IMG/VR virus record: IMGVR_UViG_2929074307_000005
Direction: 5' to 3' (one strand)
Source: a virus
Length of the DNA: 64,000 nt
In this document: piece after piece, positions 1 to 9,428 of the stretch
Layout: the number at the start of each line of letters is the position of its first letter
Position numbering within the stretch: position 1 is the first letter of the stretch
Position numbers and translations under genes: made by a program
Notes under the pieces: model-generated
What the model saw: the letters and a program-made list of their open reading frames with translations, nothing else
What the model was told of the DNA's origin: nothing
The model's database searches: none

Positions 1-1254
1 GTGCCGATCGAAGTTTCGAATCACGACAAACGAACTTTTGTAAAAATAAGCCTCAAGACCAAGAATCATAAAGAGGCGCTTGAAAAGGCTCAGGGCGTTC
101 ATGACGCGACCGAGCGGCTTTGGGCTGCAATGTCATCAGGAAATGACAATCGCCCGGAATGGGAGCGCTACGAGGCTGCTGTGCGAACCGCACAGTCGCT
201 GGGCTTTGCGTATAAGACGGCTCCGGATTGGGCGCCATTGGTGGACCATGCCGAGTTTCATTCGCGCATGACTACAATTGAAGAGAATTATTCGACACGA
301 CCGACCGTTGTCGTTTCGGTGGCGGGTTTAGCGAAGTATCCGAATCCTCGCATCAGTGATATTTGGCAAATGTACGAAGACTTCAACCAGGCTGCTTTTG
401 TAGGGATGTCACCGAAGCAGCTTGAAAAACACAAAGTATCTCGACAGAGGGCTGTGAAATATCTCGGAGACCTTCTCAAAGATGTTCACTTGAAAGATGT
501 TTCTCGCGCTGAAGTGCTGAGCTACCGCCAATGGTGGACAGACAAGATTACAAAAGAGAGTCTTAAGGCCTACAGCGCGAACCGAAGCTTCAGCGATATC
601 AAAGGAATGCTGTCGGTAATAGATGATGCCATGCAGGCAAACTTTCGAGCTGCCTGGAGCGATATACGCATTAAAGAGACAAACGCCACAAAGCTCGAAA
701 AGCGCGTTCCGTTCTCAACATCATGGGTTCAGGATGAAATCCTGAAAGAAGGAATTCTTGATGGCATGAACGATGATGCGCGGTTCATCGTCTACACAAT
801 GGTGGAAACTGGCATGAGGCTAGGGGAGGTGTGCAATCTCCGCCCTGAAGATATCCGTGTAAACGATGAAGTGCCGCATGTTGAAGTTGCTGACCGAGCC
901 GACCGTCGTCAAAAAACAGAATATTCCATTCGGAGGATTCCACTGGTCGGAGTTGCTCTTTGGGCAATGAAGCAAGCGCAAGGCGGGTTTCCACGTTATG
1001 CGGATAATGCAGATTCAGCATCTGCGGCAATCAATAAGTATTTACGTTCCAAAAAACTATGCCCGACCACTCGGCATACTATTTATTCTCTACGACATAC
1101 GTTTCAGGATCGCATTGAGAATGCGGACTGTTCTGATCGCATGCAAGCTGACCTCATGGGGCACGAATTTGGACGTCCCACATATGGCGATGGCGCCGAG
1201 ATGAAGCGGCGCCAAGCATTTCTGGAATCCATTAAGTTCGTCTGGAAGGATTAA
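1..1254 (+). CDS. int: Tyrosine recombinase / phage integrase (N-terminus may be cut by the window edge)
   Basis: C-terminal catalytic region LRHTFQDRI...MGHEFGRPTYGDG (R..HxxR..Y); SAM-like N-terminal domain; position at the prophage edge. Confidence 0.85.
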   Translation: MPIEVSNHDKRTFVKISLKTKNHKEALEKAQGVHDATERLWAAMSSGNDNRPEWERYEAAVRTAQSLGFAYKTAPDWAPLVDHAEFHSRMTTIEENYSTRPTVVVSVAGLAKYPNPRISDIWQMYEDFNQAAFVGMSPKQLEKHKVSRQRAVKYLGDLLKDVHLKDVSRAEVLSYRQWWTDKITKESLKAYSANRSFSDIKGMLSVIDDAMQANFRAAWSDIRIKETNATKLEKRVPFSTSWVQDEILKEGILDGMNDDARFIVYTMVETGMRLGEVCNLRPEDIRVNDEVPHVEVADRADRRQKTEYSIRRIPLVGVALWAMKQAQGGFPRYADNADSASAAINKYLRSKKLCPTTRHTIYSLRHTFQDRIENADCSDRMQADLMGHEFGRPTYGDGAEMKRRQAFLESIKFVWKD

Positions 1255-1421
1255 GCGGCGCCACGAAGGATTGCCTGCGCACGGCTAACTGCGTCGTTCT
1301 GGGATTTTGCTATTTCGATTTCTTTTTCGACGCGCTCCAAAATCGGTATTGCATCGGTCCCGTAATCAACGACAAGGCGAGCCGCAGTTTTTAGGTGCCG
1401 TTCCAGTTGTACGAGCGACAT
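1251..1421 (-). CDS. Small helical hypothetical protein (~56 aa), convergent with int; possible excisionase or regulator
   Basis: Open frame MSLVQLERHLKTAARLVVDYG... read by hand; below the ORF-track size cutoff. Confidence 0.3.
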   Translation of the reverse strand: MSLVQLERHLKTAARLVVDYGTDAIPILERVEKEIEIAKSQNDAVSRAQAILRGAA

Positions 1422-1423
1422 TT

Positions 1424-1633
1424 TCAACCTGAACCGCCTTTCAGGGCTTGGCGACCGGCAGGGGTTATCTCGAAGAATACCACGCTGCGCCTTGATCCGC
1501 TTTTGACAATTGCCTGTTTTCGGATGAGACGCTTAACCGGCCCCCATGAAACAGCCTCGACACTAAGGCCGCAACCGCTGTGGCAGTTTCCTATCATCGA
1601 TAGAATTTTGCGCTGTCGCTCTGTCAGCTTCAT
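1424..1633 (-). CDS. Hypothetical protein (MKLTERQRKIL..., winged-helix-like)
   Basis: ATGA overlap (1630-1633) with the upstream gene indicates translational coupling. Confidence 0.4.
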   Translation of the reverse strand: MKLTERQRKILSMIGNCHSGCGLSVEAVSWGPVKRLIRKQAIVKSGSRRSVVFFEITPAGRQALKGGSG

Positions 1634-1878
1634 TCGCTCTGCTCCCCTAGTGCGGACGCGGCGAGCATGGCGCGCCAAACGTAGATCGGCCTATCGAGGT
1701 ACATGGCTTCTGCCAGCATATGCTCCGACGGCTCCTGTAGAGCGGCGAGGATGATGGAGAGAAGTTCTTCTGCCTTCTCCTTGCATTCGTATTCATCATA
1801 GGAACCGCCATTGTCCGACGAAACCGATATGTTTCGGAGAAAGGTTGAAACCTCGTTCGTGAGCTCCTTACTCGGCAT
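1630..1878 (-). CDS. Hypothetical protein
   Basis: Member of the coupled minus-strand chain. Confidence 0.45.
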   Translation of the reverse strand: MPSKELTNEVSTFLRNISVSSDNGGSYDEYECKEKAEELLSIILAALQEPSEHMLAEAMYLDRPIYVWRAMLAASALGEQSE

Positions 1879-2125
1879 TGCTGGCCTCTTTCTTTCGCAA
1901 ATCTCTCGGCTTGAATTCGTCGGTGATGTAACCGTCGTGCAGAAGGGTTATGCATGGCTCTAGGCGATCAGACCCGTAAACCCGTCGCAATTCGATCCCG
2001 ATAATAACGCCTTCAAAGCGGTCAAAATCATCCGTTGCATCACAGATGACTTCATCACCAATGTCGAAGCTAAGAAGCTCAGGAATGTCGATAAGCTTGT
2101 TCTCATTCGTCAGAGAAAGTTTCAT
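1868..2125 (-). CDS. Hypothetical protein (MKLSLTNENKL...)
   Basis: ATGA overlap with the upstream gene at 2122-2125. Confidence 0.45.
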   Translation of the reverse strand: MKLSLTNENKLIDIPELLSFDIGDEVICDATDDFDRFEGVIIGIELRRVYGSDRLEPCITLLHDGYITDEFKPRDLRKKEASNAE

Positions 2126-2376
2126 GTGCTGGCCTCCTTTGCGCGCAAGATGGCGGCACACTTCGGGCATGTCGCTGTTCCGTCACGGTGAAAAATCCAT
2201 CCTATTGAGCGCAATTGCGTCAGCGCTTCACCTCGCGTCTGGACGCTTATAGGCTCGTGGGGAAACTCGTTGAAGTGATGATCCGGGTTGTCGTATCGGC
2301 AGTAGGCGTGAAAAGAATATGATCCCGGGCAAATCTCAGGGCCGTCCAGCTTGGATAGTCTGTCAATGAGGGTCAT
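2122..2376 (-). CDS. Hypothetical Cys-containing protein (CPGS...CPKC, possible zinc ribbon)
   Basis: ATGA overlap at 2373-2376. Confidence 0.5.
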   Translation of the reverse strand: MTLIDRLSKLDGPEICPGSYSFHAYCRYDNPDHHFNEFPHEPISVQTRGEALTQLRSIGWIFHRDGTATCPKCAAILRAKEAST

Positions 2377-3122
2377 GGCTTGTCCTCCAAGGCGGCGCGG
2401 GCATCACGAAGATCGCCAAGTGTGATTTCGTAATTGGTGACACTGCCGATCACCAATGTTCCCGGCGTAAAATCGCCTTCGTTCTCTGGATCATAATCAT
2501 TAAGCACGGCAGCAAACGGTTCTAACGCCTTCCTTGCCGCCGCGAGTTGGGTTTCGAGGGCTTTGCGCTGTCTCCAGACCTTTACGAGTAATGAAGGATG
2601 GTCGCCCATATCGACGGAGAATTGCCAAAGAGTTGCATCGCTATGCGTTTCGTTGGCTAGACTGCGGTCCCGCAAGGCCTGCTTTTCGAGAGCGGTATTC
2701 TCCGCCTCCAACTCCTTAACCCGCGCAGTCAGCGCCGCGTTGTCGGCTTCTAACCGCGCCAGATCGGCGATTGTCATGTTACGTTGGTCAAGGGCGGTTT
2801 CGGTGTTCGCCCGTTCCGCCGCAATGATGGCCTCGGCCTGCGTGCGGGTGACGAGTTCGCGGACCAGATTGTCATTATCTCGGTAATAATTCGGGATGGT
2901 TGTTTTCGTCCATTCGCGAGTAGGCGCGTAGAACACTTCATAAGACACGACCTCCAACCCATCTACCGGCGCGGCGGGGCGGGTGACGGCATAGTTATGA
3001 GCATCCATGAGCGCAAGACGGTCATCCACCGTCACAGGACGGCTGAAATGTATTTGCAAGGTGTGCCCGTCTGCCCCGGTGGACATGGAAAGCATATCTT
3101 CAAGAAACGGTTTCAATGTCAT
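2373..3122 (-). CDS. Hypothetical coiled-coil protein
   Basis: Internal ATG at 3122 overlaps the upstream stop (TCAT 3119-3122); long heptad-like region LARLEADNAALTARVKELEAENTALEKQ. Confidence 0.5.
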   Translation of the reverse strand: MTLKPFLEDMLSMSTGADGHTLQIHFSRPVTVDDRLALMDAHNYAVTRPAAPVDGLEVVSYEVFYAPTREWTKTTIPNYYRDNDNLVRELVTRTQAEAIIAAERANTETALDQRNMTIADLARLEADNAALTARVKELEAENTALEKQALRDRSLANETHSDATLWQFSVDMGDHPSLLVKVWRQRKALETQLAAARKALEPFAAVLNDYDPENEGDFTPGTLVIGSVTNYEITLGDLRDARAALEDKP

Positions 3123-3454
3123 TTCAGCACCCACACTGCAAGCACGGTCCACCACGCCTTACAGGCGATGTGCAGGGCTTGATCCTGATTGAATGAAATT
3201 TTCCCGGAGCATTTGTAGTCATCAATCCGGCAGTGCAGAATGAATTCGCAGATTGCGAGAAGCAGACTGCCGGTGATAATACCGACGAAACCGGCGTGAA
3301 TGGCCGAATGTGCACCAAGTGCTTGATACCAAGGCGTTCCAGCAAGTGGCGAGAAACGGTTCTTTGCTTTAGCAATGAAGTCACCTTGCAAGGGGTAATC
3401 CGCCAACACATGACCAAAGACTAGAAGGCCGAACAGTTCCAATTCATTCGCCAT
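3119..3454 (-). CDS. Hypothetical membrane protein (MANELELFGLLVFGH...)
   Basis: Hydrophobic segments; start chosen at the internal ATG. Confidence 0.45.
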   Translation of the reverse strand: MANELELFGLLVFGHVLADYPLQGDFIAKAKNRFSPLAGTPWYQALGAHSAIHAGFVGIITGSLLLAICEFILHCRIDDYKCSGKISFNQDQALHIACKAWWTVLAVWVLK

Positions 3455-3683
3455 GGTTGCTGCCTCCTGTCGGGCGGGTGGCTTTAATGACTGCCTTGGA
3501 CATTTCCTTGACAAGTTTCTTAGTGATGGCGTTGCGCTGGCTGTCTGTGACATATCCACGGATACGAAGTCTCAGCATTGCTTCGCTGTCCTTTTGGAAG
3601 TGATCCGCAATATCATCGGGCAATTCTGGAAACTGTTCTTTGAAGGTTGGCGCACCCCAACCTAATGTGATTTGATCTCTCAT
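3444..3683 (-). CDS. Hypothetical protein
   Basis: Member of the coupled minus-strand chain. Confidence 0.4.
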   Translation of the reverse strand: MRDQITLGWGAPTFKEQFPELPDDIADHFQKDSEAMLRLRIRGYVTDSQRNAITKKLVKEMSKAVIKATRPTGGSNHGE

Positions 3684-4588
3684 CCCGAAACCTCCGGTGA
3701 GGCTGGGAGGGGACGCCAGTGGGTTATGTCATCGAAAGTTTGGGTGTTCTGCGCGCTGTCGATCCAAGCATCAGGCTCGCTGTGCCAGTCGCTATCGCAA
3801 TACTGACCGGCTTCGCCACAGTGATGCTCACGCTTTCCCCAGAAACAATCCGGCTGTCTGCCGAACTCACTCGACCAAAGGTCAATAACCGTCCCATCCT
3901 TCGGCGCTGTCTCAATCGGCAACCAGCCATCCGCTACAGGCTGAGACGAGAGTGCGCGGATACGCTTTGCATGTAAACGATGCCAACCAGCAACGATTGG
4001 GAATGGCACACCGTCTTTATCTCCGTGATGGGCCTCGTAGTATTCGGCCTCGCTTTCGTGCCATTTTGCAGCGACTTCAAGGCCATGGCTTTGACCTGAT
4101 TTGCAGCCAGCCATGGCGCGTATTTCGGCTGCAATCTCTTTGGGCGCTGTCAGCGTGTTGGTTTGATCGTACTGTTCTGCAATCTTAGCCGCTTCCTCCA
4201 ACGCCTGCGCACGCGGGGATGGGGTCGAAACTGTAGTAACGGGGTCGATGAATACCGAATTGATCGCTTCTGCGATTTTTGTGTACTGCTCATCAGTGAT
4301 TTCGTGTGCAACTTCATTCGCGATGCCAAAAACGATTTCCCACAGTTCTGGGCCGTCCAGCTTCACGTATGGCACGACACCCTTGCCGTCGCAGATTTCA
4401 CACAACAGAGATGGATAGCCGACAGGGCAAGCCTCATCCTGCTGGACTTTGGTGCAGGTGCAGTCAACATATGGCTTCTCGCCCACCTTCGCCCCCGTAA
4501 GGAAAGGCAGGGCGGCTAATTCCCGATTCGAGCCGGGTTGGTTCTCTTTTCGATCTTGCGCGTTTCCGGCCTGTGGATAATTATTCAT
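3680..4588 (-). CDS. Hypothetical protein (302 aa)
   Basis: Long ORF with ATGA overlaps at both ends. Confidence 0.5.
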   Translation of the reverse strand: MNNYPQAGNAQDRKENQPGSNRELAALPFLTGAKVGEKPYVDCTCTKVQQDEACPVGYPSLLCEICDGKGVVPYVKLDGPELWEIVFGIANEVAHEITDEQYTKIAEAINSVFIDPVTTVSTPSPRAQALEEAAKIAEQYDQTNTLTAPKEIAAEIRAMAGCKSGQSHGLEVAAKWHESEAEYYEAHHGDKDGVPFPIVAGWHRLHAKRIRALSSQPVADGWLPIETAPKDGTVIDLWSSEFGRQPDCFWGKREHHCGEAGQYCDSDWHSEPDAWIDSAQNTQTFDDITHWRPLPASPEVSG

Positions 4589-4776
4589 CGCAGGACCTCA
4601 CCAACATAACGCACCTCATCACCAACGACGATGGCCCGACCTGTTGCCGCCAGACGGCGAGCAACGGGCAGGGGAATGCCAGTGCTTCCAAGGGATATGC
4701 GCTGCGGGCCTAGCCGCAACGCGTTGAGGAAGGCAGTGTCGATACCGTTGCCGCGGCTGTCAGTGGTACGCATCAC
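4585..4776 (-). CDS. Hypothetical small protein
   Basis: Coupled ORF. Confidence 0.4.
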   Translation of the reverse strand: MMRTTDSRGNGIDTAFLNALRLGPQRISLGSTGIPLPVARRLAATGRAIVVGDEVRYVGEVLR

Positions 4777-5006
4777 GCCGCCCTCCGCTTGAAAGGACGG
4801 CGATTGTCGTTGGCCGGGCGCACACGGCGCATACGGATCTTCTCGCCCGTTTTGCGCGATACATCATATGCAATGTCTTTGATTGTTGCGGCAGTCGTCG
4901 GGTCGCTCACGCGGTACCAACGTGCGATCGAAAGGATTGCTGCTGCTGTGGTGCCCTGAGCAATGAACTCGTCGACGGTAAGGATGTGCGTCTGTCTGTT
5001 AGACAT
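4773..5006 (-). CDS. Hypothetical protein with a C-terminal RPANDNRRPF motif
   Basis: Coupled ORF; carries the recurrent ANDN motif. Confidence 0.45.
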   Translation of the reverse strand: MSNRQTHILTVDEFIAQGTTAAAILSIARWYRVSDPTTAATIKDIAYDVSRKTGEKIRMRRVRPANDNRRPFKRRAA

Positions 5007-5058
5007 GAATAAGTGCTCCTCGTGTGGTGGTGGTGCCGGTTGCGGTCAACCGGGGTGG

Positions 5059-7158
5059 TTAGGCGGCCTGCTTGGTTGGCAGGCTGTTATTGTTAGCGGT
5101 AGGCCATGCCTCCGGTGGGATTTTCATGTTTGTATTTTCGCGAATCCATTCTAGTCCGCGCTGGATGTGAGGTCGTCCATACTTGTCGGATGGCATACCT
5201 CTGTCTCTGTAGTCCTTTACGAACCCTTGGTCTTTCTTCCGGAGACGATTGGCGAATGCTCTAGCCGTTTCATGAACGACACAGTCTGGTGGAGCTACGT
5301 TAACTCTCACCCACTCGGCGCCTTCTTTTACTTTTGGGTAGCCATCAACGTGAGGCAGGCCACGCTGTATCCAGTGATAGATACTAGTAAGATGTTTGCC
5401 ATGGATTTTCGCAAATTCGGTTTTACTAATACATCCCTTTGGGACGCGTAATTTAGAACGCAGTGGGATATATGTGCTCATCCATTTAGTCGCGTCCTCC
5501 ACTGGGACGCCTTTAATTTTATCATACGGCATGCCGGCCCGGATAGGACCTTTCAGTTTATCTGGGTGGATGCCAATTCGTCTGGCAAAGTCAGACATAA
5601 TCTCATATCCTTCTGGAGGAAGCCCCCTCACATTTATGGCTACCCAATCCAATCCGTGCTGGATTACCACCGCCCGGTGTTTATCAATGGGCAGGCCTCG
5701 CCTTATCCAATCGGTAATTGTTCCGGAAGCCACCCCCACGCGTTTAGAGAACGCATGCTGAGATTCACTTCCTTGTTCAATTACCCTGACGTTACTAGCC
5801 ACCCACTCCAAGCCTTCTTTTTTTATTGGGTATTTATTAATGTTCGGCAGGCCATTTATTAACCACCTGTGAACATTTCCTGCACCGACCGCCTCCTTTG
5901 CCATTCTATTAAACTCGGCTGGCGTCACGCACCCCTCTGGCACCACCACCCTTAATTCTCGCAATTGCCCATCAAACTCGCCTATCTCTAGACCAGTTGG
6001 AAACTCATACCCGCACTTGCAGACTTTAGCCCGCTCGGCGCGAACTTCTTTACACTCCGGGCACCGACGCAAACGCCCGTCGCCCATCGATTGCAATCTT
6101 CTCTTGCGAGCGTCGCCATCGAGAGACCACTCAATAGGCGCATCGAACCAGCCGTGATCCATCCAGAGTCCAGCATGGTCGATCACTATCGCCATGTCTT
6201 TGCCTTCTGCTTTACGCAGCACGCGACCGATCATCTGCAAAAACAGTGCAAGTGATTTCGTGGGGCGCATGAGGATGACGGCGTCAATCGCCGGCAAATC
6301 GAAGCCTTCGGTAAAGACTTCGACGTTCGACAAGACCTTAATTGCTCCTGACGCCAGCGCGTTAACAGCACTGTCGCGTTCATCTGAATTTGTCGTGCCG
6401 TCTATGTGACGAGCTGGCACGCCGCTTTCATTGAACCGATCCACCAATGCCTTGCTCATATCTACGCTTGCTGCAAAGATCAGGGCGCGCTTGCCGCTAG
6501 CCTTTTCATTGTACTCTCGCACGGCATCGCCAATCAAAACTGGCGTGTTCATAACGCCTGCCAAATCCTTTTTGGCGTAATCGCCAGCTTGCATTCGTGC
6601 GGCAGACAAATCTGGATCAGACGGCGCGAAATACCTAAACTCTGAAAGATAACCTTCGTCGATCAGTTCGCGTGTCGATGGGCCAACCGTTAGCTCGTCA
6701 AACCAATTCGACAGGCCCTTACCGTCAAGGCGCTCCGGCGTAGCGGTGAGACCAATGTGCTTTGCATCGGAAAGTTGCTCACGGATCGCCGACCAAGACT
6801 TAGCTGCAAGGTGGTGGCACTCATCCCAAAAAACGGTCGAAGGGCGAGGCAAGTCATTTATACGACGAGCTAATGTGCCATGCGAAACGATCTGGACAGG
6901 CTTGCTGTAATCTGGTTCTGCGCGAGGCGACACTACGCCAAAATCAATGCCGGCTTTAGCAAATGAAGACGCAGCTTGGCGCTCGATTTCCTGACGGTGA
7001 CAAATAAACCAGACTGGGCCTTCCTGATCTGCGATCATAGAAGTCGCTACTTTGGTTTTACCGGCACCTGTTGGCATTTGAATTACAACGCTGCTTGATC
7101 TTTCCAACGCTTTGCGCGCGCTATCAATCACGTCAGCCTGATATGGGCGAAGTGTCAT
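5059..7158 (-). CDS. SF2 (DEAD/DEAH-type) helicase with a C4 zinc ribbon and five C-terminal ~45-aa tandem HTH-like repeats
   Basis: Walker A PTGAGKT and DECHH box. Zinc ribbon CPECK...CKCGYEFP. Repeats carry the consensus xFAxxxG....WIxRGLP..K.G...E.LEWV. Confidence 0.85.
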   Translation of the reverse strand: MTLRPYQADVIDSARKALERSSSVVIQMPTGAGKTKVATSMIADQEGPVWFICHRQEIERQAASSFAKAGIDFGVVSPRAEPDYSKPVQIVSHGTLARRINDLPRPSTVFWDECHHLAAKSWSAIREQLSDAKHIGLTATPERLDGKGLSNWFDELTVGPSTRELIDEGYLSEFRYFAPSDPDLSAARMQAGDYAKKDLAGVMNTPVLIGDAVREYNEKASGKRALIFAASVDMSKALVDRFNESGVPARHIDGTTNSDERDSAVNALASGAIKVLSNVEVFTEGFDLPAIDAVILMRPTKSLALFLQMIGRVLRKAEGKDMAIVIDHAGLWMDHGWFDAPIEWSLDGDARKRRLQSMGDGRLRRCPECKEVRAERAKVCKCGYEFPTGLEIGEFDGQLRELRVVVPEGCVTPAEFNRMAKEAVGAGNVHRWLINGLPNINKYPIKKEGLEWVASNVRVIEQGSESQHAFSKRVGVASGTITDWIRRGLPIDKHRAVVIQHGLDWVAINVRGLPPEGYEIMSDFARRIGIHPDKLKGPIRAGMPYDKIKGVPVEDATKWMSTYIPLRSKLRVPKGCISKTEFAKIHGKHLTSIYHWIQRGLPHVDGYPKVKEGAEWVRVNVAPPDCVVHETARAFANRLRKKDQGFVKDYRDRGMPSDKYGRPHIQRGLEWIRENTNMKIPPEAWPTANNNSLPTKQAA

Positions 7159-7227
7159 AATCGATTCCTCGAACAGTGTTTTTGGAGGGAGGGGGCGCTA
7201 CGCCCCGTCGCTATCTTTCGTGGTAAA

Positions 7228-7455
7228 TCATGTGACGCCGAGCCCAACAGCGCCAATGGTCACAAAGAAACCAATGACAACCGTCATCTCGACAGCTTCG
7301 CGCGCTGCGTATCGTATCCAAGGCATGGGGCGAGCGTGCTTCTTTGCGCGGTAATCAGGGCGCCGCATCGGCTCGTCACTGCCTGCACGCGCAGCGTCGG
7401 TGTGCAGGTCGGGCTCCATGTCGGCGAGCATTTCCAGCAGGGCGCGGTCCATCAC
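7228..7455 (-). CDS. Hypothetical protein
   Basis: ATGA overlap with the upstream gene. Confidence 0.4.
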   Translation of the reverse strand: MMDRALLEMLADMEPDLHTDAARAGSDEPMRRPDYRAKKHARPMPWIRYAAREAVEMTVVIGFFVTIGAVGLGVT

Positions 7456-7763
7456 GCAGCCTCCGCCATGGCTTCGTCGGCAGGCTCTGCGCTGGCGGGC
7501 AGTGCGTCAAACAAGGCCTCATTGCTGGTAGCGATCGCGCCGCTTGTCTGGAAAACTTCGTATGTTTCGCCCGGGTAGAGCTTGGCGAGGCGTGTTGCCT
7601 CAGCCAGTGCTTGCTCAAACGACCCGTGTTCATACGGTAGGGTAGTGGCTACGCTGACGCGGCCGGTTTGTTTGCCGCGGCGGAATACAAAGAATCCGCC
7701 GCCGATTACTTCGTTCATGCGAGGTGCTGGCGATCTTCTTCTCGGGGTTTTTGCGTTCGTCAT
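7452..7763 (-). CDS. Hypothetical protein; first gene of the leftward early operon
   Basis: Preceded on the minus strand by ccaacctaACACGAGGAGtgacccaATG, the phage-typical initiation element. Confidence 0.5.
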   Translation of the reverse strand: MTNAKTPRRRSPAPRMNEVIGGGFFVFRRGKQTGRVSVATTLPYEHGSFEQALAEATRLAKLYPGETYEVFQTSGAIATSNEALFDALPASAEPADEAMAEAA

Positions 7764-7869
7764 TGGGTCACTCCTCGTGTTAGGTTGGTTCAGCAGATCA
7801 AGCTGGTGAGGCTGTCTTCGTGCTGTTCTGTCACCTTTATATGCGTATCAGTCATCCTATGTCAACATA

Positions 7870-7892
7870 GATGATGACAAAAACACATCATC
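7870..7892. promoter_or_regulatory. Palindromic operator-like site GATGATGacaaaaacaCATCATC in the leftward-operon promoter region
   Basis: Perfect 7-bp inverted arms in an AT-rich intergenic region; a second palindrome TTATGAT/ATCATAA lies at ~7940-7960. Confidence 0.35.
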
Positions 7893-7985
7893 AGAATTCA
7901 CAGGGTTAACCAGGCGTAAAGAATGTTCTTGAATTGTTCCGATTATGATGGAATCATAATTCAAGAGTTAAGCGTGTGAGGTGCC

Positions 7986-8213
7986 ATGTATCCGCTGTTT
8001 GTTGTCCAAGGATTTACTGCGTGCAGATGGGGCGTGATTCCTGATGCTCCGATCCAGGTAGATACAGAGGATCATGCGCTGAGATTGGCTCATCGCTTGG
8101 CATGCGAAAAGCCTGCCGTCCTTGCTTTGTATAGATGGAACAATGAAACGCAGATCATCGCCGCTATCGGGCGTGTCCCGGATAGCGCACTTGAAGCAGT
8201 AGCTATTGGCTAG
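7986..8213 (+). CDS. Hypothetical small protein
   Basis: GAGGTG Shine-Dalgarno sequence before ATG 7986. Confidence 0.4.
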   Translation: MYPLFVVQGFTACRWGVIPDAPIQVDTEDHALRLAHRLACEKPAVLALYRWNNETQIIAAIGRVPDSALEAVAIG

Positions 8214-8216
8214 CTT

Positions 8217-8894
8217 TTAGCGGGTGTTGTACTTGCCAACGACGCGGTGACAGACTGGCCAATCCGCGCGAAATTCCTTGAATTCCTTATGCGGGTTGTA
8301 CTGTTCCAGCATCCATTCGCGGTCATTGAAGCCGACGAGTCGCTTGATGATAGCTTCGTTCTCGTCCATTGCGCTTGTGTGATAAAGAATTACATCTTCA
8401 TCGCGAACCGGCGGCAAATTCGGGTTCACGAGTGCGGTTTCACCCGGACGATAGGCAGGAACCATTGATTCCCCGGACAATAGAAGGCCGTATCCACCTT
8501 TAACGCCCTGCAGTACTGCAGGCATTTTCATATAGCTGATTGGATCAAAGGTGATGATAACGTGTCCATCGCCGCCCTTCGCTGCAGCGTAAACGGGCAG
8601 GCCGCGCTCTTGGCTTACAAGCTGGTCGCCCGGGATTGGTGCAGGTGTAAAAGTATCAGCAATCGGCTTAGCTGATGACGCGGTCATTTCGCCATTGCCG
8701 AAGGCAAGCCAATCCTCATTAAGATCCAGCGCACGAGCAAGGCGGGCTACAAATTCAACACTGGCCCCGCGCTTCCCGCTTTCCAAAAGACTGATCGACG
8801 ACTTGTCTCGCCCAATAAGAGCGGCAAGGTCAGCCTGGCTCATTTCTTTAAGGTCACGCGCCAAACGAAGGCGCTGCGCGAAATCTTTGTCCAT
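8217..8894 (-). CDS. cI: CI-like prophage repressor (HTH_XRE N-domain plus S24 LexA-like peptidase C-domain)
   Basis: HTH MSQADLAALIGRDKSSISLLESGKR. S24 motifs GESMVP (catalytic Ser) and IIKRLVG (Lys). Start taken at MDKDF (8894). Confidence 0.85.
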   Translation of the reverse strand: MDKDFAQRLRLARDLKEMSQADLAALIGRDKSSISLLESGKRGASVEFVARLARALDLNEDWLAFGNGEMTASSAKPIADTFTPAPIPGDQLVSQERGLPVYAAAKGGDGHVIITFDPISYMKMPAVLQGVKGGYGLLLSGESMVPAYRPGETALVNPNLPPVRDEDVILYHTSAMDENEAIIKRLVGFNDREWMLEQYNPHKEFKEFRADWPVCHRVVGKYNTR

Positions 8895-8937
8895 GTTGCG
8901 CTTTTCGCATATTGTTGTGAAAATGTAACGTGCGAAA

Positions 8938-8957
8938 ATGTCACCACATGTTGACAT
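8938..8957. promoter_or_regulatory. Operator palindrome ATGTCAccacatgtTGACAT; TGTCA half-sites recur at ~8968 and ~8980
   Basis: Imperfect 20-bp palindrome overlapping the -35 of the rightward promoter, in the cI-cro intergenic region. Confidence 0.45.
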
Positions 8958-8979
8958 GGATGCGAATCTGTCATATATA
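8951..8979 (+). promoter_or_regulatory. Sigma70-type promoter TTGACA-17 bp-TATATA (PR-like, rightward)
   Basis: Consensus -35 and -10 hexamers with 17-bp spacing. Confidence 0.55.
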
Positions 8980-9428
8980 GGTGTCATCAACCGGCGCAAA
9001 AGACGCTGGACAGTTCGAAGGAGGGCCTACCTCATGATGCCAGAGAACATCCACCCAAGGATATCGGCACTCAATAGATAGAAGCCGCGCTAACGCGCAA
9101 TTGAAACTGAGGAGAGAGCAAATGACCAATTCCGCCGAAAGAAGCGAACCGGCTCTCGTTGAGGCGCCGCCGTAGGATCAATAGGGACGCTGCTGACCTT
9201 AATAGGGTCAGTGGTGCTTTCGGCGTTCCTGAATGTCGAGAGATTTATAGGACGGCGTTGTGAGCCGGCACCACCCGCTGCTCCGCCGTCCTCGTAATAC
9301 CCCGGCTTACACGAGGAGGGCTTGCGCCACTTCTACACCGGGGGTTCCTTCGCGAGTACCACCCCGCGCAGGACAACAGATGGCTTCACCAAAGTCATTT
9401 GTCAACCAACACCACACACGAGGAGATC

